A stretch of DNA of 7,316 bases from a virus (Duplodnaviria > Heunggongvirae > Uroviricota > Caudoviricetes), in IMG/VR virus record IMGVR_UViG_2684622618_000023, one strand, 5' to 3'. Under the pieces are notes generated by a model. The model was not told where the DNA came from. It ran no database searches and was given only the letters and a program-made list of their open reading frames with translations. The translations under genes and the position numbers were made by a program. This document shows, piece by piece, positions 1-5,792 of the stretch (positions within the stretch are counted from its first letter, which is position 1; every line of letters begins with the position of its first letter).

Positions 1-59
1 TTTGAACCAGCGACCTGGCGATTATGAGTCGCTCGCTCTCACCACTGAGCTAAAGGGCC
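1..59 (-). tRNA. tRNA with CAU anticodon (tRNA-Ile2/ileX-like, or elongator Met), 3' part truncated by the left window edge
   Basis: Reverse complement of 1-59 reads GGCCCTT-TA-GCTC-AGTGGTGA-GAGC-G-AGCGA-CTCATAA-TCGCC-AGGTC-GCTGG-TTCAAA: acceptor 5' strand, D arm, anticodon arm with loop CU-CAU-AA, variable loop, T-stem 5' strand and start of the T-loop, then the window ends. The anticodon arm and T-stem closely resemble E. coli tRNA-Ile2 (ileX type) as I remember it; identity cannot be fixed without the missing 3' acceptor strand. Confidence 0.8.
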
Positions 60-105
60 GGGAGCAGAATAATAACGGTCCGTAATTAATTCCGCAATAA
101 AAAAC

Positions 106-130
106 CCGCTCAATGGCGGGTTCTGGTAAA
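106..130 (-). terminator. Rho-independent terminator between the Q-like gene and the tRNA (position consistent with a lambdoid tR')
   Basis: Minus strand reads CCCGC-CATTGA-GCGGG followed directly by TTTTTTATT (plus strand 115-130 cccgctcaatggcggg, preceded by aataaaaaa at 106-114): 5-bp GC stem, 6-nt loop, U-run. Confidence 0.6.
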
Positions 131-198
131 GTTCATGCGTTTGGTTCGCCTCGCGATACAGCTTTGCGAAGCTTACCGGAATTGAAGCAGTTTTTACG

Positions 199-645
199 TC
201 AAAAAGCAATAACTTTTTNNNNNNNNNNNNNNNNNNNNNNNNNNNNNNNNNNNNNNNNNNNNNNNNNNTAACGCTGACTCAGAACATTGAGCAGCCCGGG
301 ATAACCTGCCAGTACTTCACCAATAACCCTGTCGATTATTAACGCCTCTGAATCGGTACAATGCACCAGCCAGCTTTTTTGCTTGCCGTTGATCATATCC
401 CGCAAAAAAGCCTCAAGTTTAGGTTTGTCCAGACCTGCTTTTTTCATCCTCCGGAGCGCCTCGTTAATTGCCGTTTTTGTCAGCTTTTTAGAGGTCAGCA
501 ACTGGTTGAACATATTTCCCGTCTTACCGCCGCCAATATACGACCAGCGCCCCCACATACGTAGTTTCCCCTGAATCCAGACACTTTCCAGCGTGGTGAG
601 ACGAAGGTGCTCTCCGCTTTTTCCTGTGTTCGTTGGGTAAATCAT
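199..645 (-). CDS. Putative lambdoid late-gene antiterminator (Q-like) protein; 3' end uncertain because the frame runs through the N-run
   Basis: ATG at 645-643 overlaps the TGA stop of the upstream YbcO-like gene (ATGA), with AAAGGA about 10 nt upstream. About 125 codons of clean, protein-like sequence (MIYPTNTGKSGEHLRL...GYPGLLNVLSQR) before the N-run. The Q assignment is mainly positional (last gene before terminator and tRNA, after nin genes). The 40 codons upstream of this ATG in the supplied 199..765 ORF are Arg-rich, lie inside the neighbouring gene and are unlikely to be translated. The stop at 199-201 is only valid if the gap length is exact. Confidence 0.45.
   Translation of the reverse strand: MIYPTNTGKSGEHLRLTTLESVWIQGKLRMWGRWSYIGGGKTGNMFNQLLTSKKLTKTAINEALRRMKKAGLDKPKLEAFLRDMINGKQKSWLVHCTDSEALIIDRVIGEVLAGYPGLLNVLSQRXXXXXXXXXXXXXXXXXXKVIAF
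219..268. other. Run of 50 N (assembly gap or masked bases) inside the 3' part of the Q-like gene
   Basis: Literal n characters at 219-268. Confidence 0.97.
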
Positions 646-932
646 AAATAACCGTCCTTTCTCCAGATCTCTTGTGTGCGAAAAACACCTTCTGCATGCA
701 TCAGGCGCAATTCTTCTTTGGTGTAATCGCTGGTTTTTACTCTCCCGTCGATTAAATCGTGGCATGAGTTACAGGCAATCGCTGCCTGCATATCGTGTGG
801 CTTTATCGCTGTTCCGCACGTTCCCGCCAGCCTGTAATGCGCCAGCACAGAGGTTTCGGGATTGTGATTGCAGTAGCCAGGGATTCTGATCTGGCATATC
901 TGGCCTTTAGCCGCTTTACGTAAATTCACCAT
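642..932 (-). CDS. ybcO: YbcO-like (DUF1364-type) Cys-rich phage nin-region protein, putative nuclease
   Basis: 96-aa ORF MVNLRKAAKGQICQIRIPGYCNHNPETSVLAHYRLAGTCGT...ACNSCHD..., which matches in length and pattern my recollection of E. coli DLP12 YbcO (RKAARG..C.VRIPG.CN.NPETSVLAH.RL.G.CGT..KP.D..A.IAC..CHD). Start ATG 932-930 shares one base with the TAA of the upstream gene. Confidence 0.7.
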   Translation of the reverse strand: MVNLRKAAKGQICQIRIPGYCNHNPETSVLAHYRLAGTCGTAIKPHDMQAAIACNSCHDLIDGRVKTSDYTKEELRLMHAEGVFRTQEIWRKDGYL

Positions 933-1531
933 TACGCAAACTCCAGTAGTTGTGCGGCCACATTTTCAACTTCCTCCTGAGAGGAGAATTTACGGAACAG
1001 AATCCAGTTCCACAGCACATTCAGTACAGATTTATAAACCTGCTGAAACTCGACTTCGTCCATATTCGCAAAAGCGATGGATTTTGCCCGACGCCCACGG
1101 CTACCGTCCGGATAAATATGCTCGGTGTAAAATCCGGCCTGAATGGTTACCCACTCGCGGAAAGCCTCAAACGACTTTAGCAACGCCGTATCCCGGGTTC
1201 TACGAGTCGCAACGGTGTTAAGGTATTGCTCTGCGGCATCACTCAGGGCTGGCGTGTGTTCCCGACCAACTGATTCGCACAGGTAATCAACGAAACCAGA
1301 CAGCAGTTCTCGTTCGCGAGGCGTGATCGCCCCACCGACCGGAGTCCAGTAATCGAATCCCAGTTGCAGGAGTTTGAAAAAACGCTTGTGGAATGCGTAG
1401 TTACGCACACGCTTAAAATCTGCGTGTATCCACTCACCTATTTTGATTTGATGCAGAAAATCGCAACTCTCCGGCGTCGCCGGGAGAAGTAAACCAGAAG
1501 AAGTTTGTTTGACCAGTTGTATATGCGCCAT
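932..1531 (-). CDS. Lambdoid nin-region protein, resembles DUF1367-type phage proteins
   Basis: 199-aa ORF starting at ATG 1531-1529 with GAGAG about 9 nt upstream; stop TAA 934-932. Sequence (MAHIQLVKQTSSGLLLPATPES...EFQQVYKSVLNVLWNWILFRKFSSQEEVENVAAQLLEFA) matches what I recall of DUF1367 proteins found next to ybcO-like genes in lambdoid prophages; family name from memory, unverified. Confidence 0.65.
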   Translation of the reverse strand: MAHIQLVKQTSSGLLLPATPESCDFLHQIKIGEWIHADFKRVRNYAFHKRFFKLLQLGFDYWTPVGGAITPRERELLSGFVDYLCESVGREHTPALSDAAEQYLNTVATRRTRDTALLKSFEAFREWVTIQAGFYTEHIYPDGSRGRRAKSIAFANMDEVEFQQVYKSVLNVLWNWILFRKFSSQEEVENVAAQLLEFA

Positions 1532-1950
1532 TTCTCAATCTCTCGATGGCGCAGTGCAGCAGATGCCAGTTGTTCAAGCTAGCACGCAAATTGTAAACCA
1601 GAATGCCAGGAAAAAACAAAACCCGCCGAAGCTGGTTGTGTGCGGTTGCGTTGAAGTCTCCTAGCCAAAGAGTAGCGGTGACCACTCCCCGCCGATAATC
1701 TTAGTTGTTTAATTTCGTAAGCTAACTAGGCTAAAAGCTCTCTGTTGTCTGCCTGTTGTACAATTAACAAAATGAACAACGAACTAGATATACCAACGCC
1801 AGAATGGTGCAACAAATCCCAAACAACACAGCAATGCAACAATAACATATGTTATTTTCCTCTCACGGGATTCAGTCCTGAATTCTCATAAAGCTAATCT
1901 TTTTTTAAAAACATACTGTTAGATCACATGCACTTTCTTTCTTAACATCG

Positions 1951-1978
1951 TTGACTTCGCATGCGAAGCGTTTAAAAT
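1951..1978 (+). promoter_or_regulatory. Candidate sigma70 promoter for the GHKL operon
   Basis: TTGACT at 1951-1956, 16-nt spacer, TAAAAT at 1973-1978; predicted start near 1985, about 45 nt upstream of ATG 2031; AT-rich upstream region. Pattern match only. Confidence 0.4.
1955..1968. promoter_or_regulatory. Perfect 14-bp palindrome CTTCGCATGCGAAG overlapping the -35/spacer of the candidate GHKL promoter (possible operator)
   Basis: cttcgcatgcgaag at 1955-1968 is identical to its reverse complement. The palindrome itself is certain; a regulatory role is inferred from its position. Confidence 0.5.
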
Positions 1979-2030
1979 CAACAATTTGCACTTAAGGTAT
2001 TTATTTTCCCAAACACATAGAGAGTAAATT

Positions 2031-3422
2031 ATGACTGAGAACACGACTCCAACAGCAGACTTTAGTCCTAGTAAAAGATTTTTTGTAAGTATGCTAACTC
2101 GAGATATCGACTTAAACGATGCCATACTTGATCTGCTTGATAACTGCGTCGATGGGGCTTTACGTACAATAAAAGACACAAAAAAAACTTCAAAACCATA
2201 TGAAGGATTTTATGCGAAACTTACGATTAATAAAGATGTCTTTATTATAGAAGACAATTGCGGAGGTATCCCTAAAAGCTTCCGAGAATATGCTTTTAAA
2301 ATGGGACGACCCCATCAAAAAGAAGAAGAAAATGAAGGCACCGTTGGCGTCTATGGTATTGGTATGAAAAGAGCCATTTTTAAAATGGGTAGAGATTGCT
2401 CAATACAATCGAATAATCCCGATGGCGCATTCACTGTAGATATAACACCTGATTGGATCGATGGTGATGGTTGGAAAATACCGATGCACGAGAGTGACTA
2501 TGATAACAAAAATCCAACAGGCACAACTATAGAGATAAAAAAACTCCATTCTAATGTGGCACAAAAATTTAATGAGAGCACATATCTTACTGATCTCTTT
2601 TTACAGATAAAACACTCATTGTCATTTATTATTCAAAAAGGATTTAAAATAGAATTAAATGGAGTTGTTGTTGAACATAATCCGATTAACATCATAACTG
2701 ATCATTCTAAAATAGAACCATACATATATAAAGCTAAAATAGACGATGTTGATATCGATTTAGTTGTTGGCTTCTATAAAAATTTAGAAGATGACAATGA
2801 TGATGTTTTAGAAAAAAGGAGTTCTGATGATGCTGGATGGACTGTCATTTGCAATGACCGCGTTGTTCTATATTGTGATAAGACACATCTCACAGGTTGG
2901 GGCTTTGCTAATGTACCAAGGTTTCATACCCAATTTATAGCAATTTCTGGGGTTGTTCGCTTTACCAGTAAAAACCCAGAAAAATTACCAATAACAACAA
3001 CGAAACGAGGTGTCGATCTTAGTTCTACATTGTACAATGATGTACGAAATAAAATGATTGAAGGGATGATGCATTTTATTCGATTCACCAATCAGTGGAA
3101 AGGTGAGCATCTTGAAGAAGGGAAAAAATTACTTAAGTCAGCTCAGTCACATGAAGCTCAATCTTTATTTGAAATTACCCCACAATCAACTCCAGAAGAT
3201 AAAAAAAATAACTGGTCCAACCCTAATAGAAACAAAAATGAGTGGCGATATACACCTAAGCTGCCTACCCCAGTAAAAAAAAGCTCTACTGTACGAATAA
3301 TCTTCACCAGAGAGAAAGAAGATGTTAAAATTTTATCTAAATATTTCTTTGGACATGAAGATGCTAGCGCTTCTGATGTGGGGATGCAATGCTTTGATAC
3401 GGTGATTGAAGAGGTGAAGTGA
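2031..3422 (+). CDS. GHKL-superfamily (Bergerat-fold, MORC/MutL-like HATPase_c) ATPase, 463 aa
   Basis: ATG 2031 with AGAGAG upstream. N-terminal motifs in the canonical order: N-box DLLDNCVDGA (nt about 2130-2159), G1 box IEDNCGG (D at 2253), G2 box GVYGIGMKRA (MORC-like GxYGxGxK), motif IV PTGTTIEI. The remaining ~260 aa are of unassigned function (possibly an S5-like transducer); no HNH, PD-(D/E)xK or PLD motif was evident by eye. Confidence 0.85.
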   Translation: MTENTTPTADFSPSKRFFVSMLTRDIDLNDAILDLLDNCVDGALRTIKDTKKTSKPYEGFYAKLTINKDVFIIEDNCGGIPKSFREYAFKMGRPHQKEEENEGTVGVYGIGMKRAIFKMGRDCSIQSNNPDGAFTVDITPDWIDGDGWKIPMHESDYDNKNPTGTTIEIKKLHSNVAQKFNESTYLTDLFLQIKHSLSFIIQKGFKIELNGVVVEHNPINIITDHSKIEPYIYKAKIDDVDIDLVVGFYKNLEDDNDDVLEKRSSDDAGWTVICNDRVVLYCDKTHLTGWGFANVPRFHTQFIAISGVVRFTSKNPEKLPITTTKRGVDLSSTLYNDVRNKMIEGMMHFIRFTNQWKGEHLEEGKKLLKSAQSHEAQSLFEITPQSTPEDKKNNWSNPNRNKNEWRYTPKLPTPVKKSSTVRIIFTREKEDVKILSKYFFGHEDASASDVGMQCFDTVIEEVK

Positions 3423-4411
3423 TGTCTGGACAATACATTCCCTATCACTTAAGGCATAATAAGTCTATTGATAGAGAGATTTTTCTCGAAAGCCTAAACC
3501 TCTTAAGCAAAAGACTAAATATTCAAGAATATACATATATAGGTTTTGGTGGTCCGATGCTTGAAGATTTTAGAATCATGCATAATCGTATCGCTCTTTC
3601 TGATATGATTTCTCTCGAAGAACAAGAGTCTACTCACATCAGACAAAAATATAATTTGCCTTATAATTGTATTGATTGTAAGCTAATATCAGCTCATGAC
3701 TTTATTCTTGATTATAGTTTTTCTAAACCATCAATAACATGGTTAGACTATGCCTCCCCGAAAAAAATACAAACGGATCTAGATGATATACACTTACTAA
3801 GTACTAAAGTAAGCTCTTTTGATATTTTGAAGGTCACCTTCCCCATAAATCCTAGTTCTTATTACCAACGTAGAGTTGGAGAAAGTTTAGATATTTTTAA
3901 AGAAGCTTTTATTAATTCATTAAAATCATTGCTTGGGAAAAAGTATCTTGATTTTAATCTTCAGATATCAAATGCAGATCTTTCAGATCGTAAGATTAAA
4001 GCTCTTTTAATACGAATTATTACAAACGCTTTTAGATCAGCAATAGAACGTGGTCTTTCAGGACGTAAGGATAAGATTCAGTATTACCCATTATCCTTAA
4101 ATCAATATAATGATGGCAGTCATACCATGTTGACAATATCAGGTTTTTTCTCCTCAGAACAAGAATATATAGAGTTATCTAAGGCATGCGACCTTTCTAA
4201 CTGGCAATTTTATTCAACAAATTGGGAAGACGTGCAAGAAATAGCAATACCAACACTAACAATTAAAGAAAAGATAAATTTAGATAGTAAACTGCCTGAT
4301 AAAGAAGCATATCAGGCAGCCGCTGAAGAGTTCTCTTTAAACGAAAATGAACGGGATAACTATTATAAATACTATAGGTTATACCCTAACTTCCAAAGAA
4401 TTATGGTTTAA
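3422..4411 (+). CDS. Hypothetical protein (~329 aa), co-operonic partner of the GHKL ATPase; no recognisable family
   Basis: ATG 3422-3424 shares its A with the TGA stop (3420-3422) of the GHKL gene; GAGG at 3411-3414 gives 7-nt spacing. The supplied ORF begins 3 nt earlier at GTG 3419, which has poorer spacing. Ends TAA 4409-4411. Same AT-rich composition and codon usage as the GHKL gene. No catalytic motif could be assigned with confidence; weak D-x-K candidates such as IDCK are not persuasive. Confidence 0.8.
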   Translation: MSGQYIPYHLRHNKSIDREIFLESLNLLSKRLNIQEYTYIGFGGPMLEDFRIMHNRIALSDMISLEEQESTHIRQKYNLPYNCIDCKLISAHDFILDYSFSKPSITWLDYASPKKIQTDLDDIHLLSTKVSSFDILKVTFPINPSSYYQRRVGESLDIFKEAFINSLKSLLGKKYLDFNLQISNADLSDRKIKALLIRIITNAFRSAIERGLSGRKDKIQYYPLSLNQYNDGSHTMLTISGFFSSEQEYIELSKACDLSNWQFYSTNWEDVQEIAIPTLTIKEKINLDSKLPDKEAYQAAAEEFSLNENERDNYYKYYRLYPNFQRIMV

Positions 4412-5530
4412 ATATTCGGGCTGTACTCTTTTATTTAATAAATTGTACAGCCCCTTTAATATATATTCAGCAACTATTGGTGACACGCTATTTCCTATTT
4501 GTCTGAAACTATGCCATTTAGTTACATGAAAGCGAAACCAATCAGGGAAGCCTTGTAATCTAGCAGCTTCTCTTGGTGTAATCACTCTTGGATGATAAGG
4601 GTGGATCGGCCTGACGGCTTGAAAGCTTCCTTTATCTCTAGCGGTTCCCGCCCTTAAAGTCGGGCAAAAACCATTTGGATCTAATCTTGTAGATCTTGAA
4701 ATTTTATCAGTTTCCCCAAAAGATAAGGAAGCATAACGCTCTTGGACGATTTTGCTATGTAATGTTCCGGTACATCCAGATATGATATTATTTTTTAACT
4801 TAGCGATCGATTCTGTATCACCAACATTCCGAGGGATCTGCCCCCATAATTTTTCATAAAATCCCCCTTTTCGATCTTTTTTAATTGTTCGCCAACTCTC
4901 AGAGTCTGATTGCCAATTGGCATCGATAATATCTGGTAATCCATACAAAGCATCTTTTACAGTAACCGGATCAATCATTTTAGGCATAAATACTTCATCT
5001 GAAATATCAAGCTTCAATGATTTTTTTACACCGATAAAAAAATATCTAGTTCGAATAGTTGGAGCACCATAATCAGATGCTTTTACCTTGATGGGATCAA
5101 GAATATCATAATCACCGCTAACCAAATTAAATGCTTTATTTCTAATGCCAGAATATTTCTCTTGCATAATACCTGGAACATTTTCTGCCAAAAAGAATAA
5201 TGGCTGTAATTCTGATACTAAACGGTAGAAATGCATGTAAAGCTGATTCCTGCTATCATCAGGATTCCCCTTGCCTATTGAACTAAATCCTTGGCACGGA
5301 GGACCGCCAATAATACCATCTATGGGCATATCGTTTTTAAAAAAACCCTTAATTATTTCTGCATTTAGTAAAGAAACATCTTCTTGGACGTGCAAACTTC
5401 TTGGAAAATTAATTGCGTGAGTATTAATAGCATGTTGATCAATTTCAACTGCCATTTTAACATCAAATCCAGCACGTGCAGCACCAAGACTTAGACCTCC
5501 AACGCCAGAAAACAAATCTATTACATTCAT
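4379..5530 (-). CDS. DNA (cytosine-5)-methyltransferase, Dcm/M.HhaI-type, 383 aa
   Basis: Canonical C5-MTase motifs in order: motif I DLFSGVGG at the N-terminus (AdoMet binding), motif IV GGPPCQGFS (catalytic Cys codon at 5294-5296), motif VI ENVPG, an RTRYF region (motif VIII-like), and C-terminal GNSVSP (motif X). Start ATG 5530-5528; stop TAA 4381-4379. Confidence 0.9.
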   Translation of the reverse strand: MNVIDLFSGVGGLSLGAARAGFDVKMAVEIDQHAINTHAINFPRSLHVQEDVSLLNAEIIKGFFKNDMPIDGIIGGPPCQGFSSIGKGNPDDSRNQLYMHFYRLVSELQPLFFLAENVPGIMQEKYSGIRNKAFNLVSGDYDILDPIKVKASDYGAPTIRTRYFFIGVKKSLKLDISDEVFMPKMIDPVTVKDALYGLPDIIDANWQSDSESWRTIKKDRKGGFYEKLWGQIPRNVGDTESIAKLKNNIISGCTGTLHSKIVQERYASLSFGETDKISRSTRLDPNGFCPTLRAGTARDKGSFQAVRPIHPYHPRVITPREAARLQGFPDWFRFHVTKWHSFRQIGNSVSPIVAEYILKGLYNLLNKRVQPEYLNHNSLEVRV

Positions 5531-5562
5531 ATAGTTGCAACGTCTCTTATTAGTTTCTATGT

Positions 5563-5571
5563 ATTATAACA
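5563..5571 (-). promoter_or_regulatory. Candidate extended -10 promoter (TGtTATAAT) for the methyltransferase gene
   Basis: Minus strand reads TGTTATAAT (plus 5563-5571). It lies about 33 nt upstream of ATG 5530 with TAAGAGA between as a weak ribosome-binding site. No good -35, which is acceptable for an extended -10. Pattern match only. Confidence 0.4.
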
Positions 5572-5792
5572 CAACTGTTCTTGATGTTTTAACCCCATAA
5601 GATAACCTCATAAAGGCTATCCCTTGAAAATACCGGATCGCATAAATTTAATCTTTCAAAACTACTTGTCTATTAATCGAGCAATTTAAGGTTGTTTTAG
5701 TCATGTCGATACCGACATAGTTAACTAAACCCATTTCATCGTCCAACAAATGGGGGTAATACACTTTGATTTATAGTCGGGTGGGTTTTTCT

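Noticed and set aside
1-59. The tRNA as an island or prophage integration site (attB/attL)
   Set aside because: The tRNA's 5' end faces the Q-like gene and terminator, so it lies downstream of Q in the late transcription unit, as in Stx-phage tRNA clusters. Integration into a tRNA would place phage DNA at the tRNA 3' end, and no integrase or att repeat is visible.
361-574. Plus-strand ORFs 361..564 and 383..574
   Set aside because: Antisense to the Q-like coding region, short, with no ribosome-binding site and unprotein-like composition.
646-765. First 40 codons of the supplied 199..765 minus-strand ORF (MPRFNRRESKNQRLHQRR...)
   Set aside because: Arg-rich and low-complexity, and lies entirely inside the YbcO-like gene in another frame. 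The ATG at 645 with ATGA coupling and a ribosome-binding site is the better start.
674-1221. Plus-strand ORFs 674..889, 950..1180 and 952..1221
   Set aside because: Antisense shadows of the YbcO-like and DUF1367-like genes; no start context.
1243-1685. Minus-strand ORFs 1243..1437 and 1434..1685
   Set aside because: The first is an alternative frame inside the DUF1367-like gene. The second overlaps that gene's start and runs into the intergenic region with Trp/Phe-rich, unprotein-like sequence.
1560-2030. Possible IS element, integrase or direct repeats marking the cargo insertion
   Set aside because: No transposase-like ORF, terminal inverted repeats or clear flanking direct repeats were found by eye in either boundary region, so the insertion mechanism is left open.
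1919-2179. Minus-strand ORF 1919..2179
   Set aside because: Overlaps the promoter and 5' end of the well-supported GHKL gene on the opposite strand; an AT-rich shadow ORF.
3158-3448. Minus-strand ORF 3158..3448
   Set aside because: Antisense inside the 3' end of the GHKL gene; no independent support.
4347-4529. Plus-strand ORF 4347..4529
   Set aside because: Alternative frame overlapping the partner gene's 3' end and antisense to the MTase; low-complexity.
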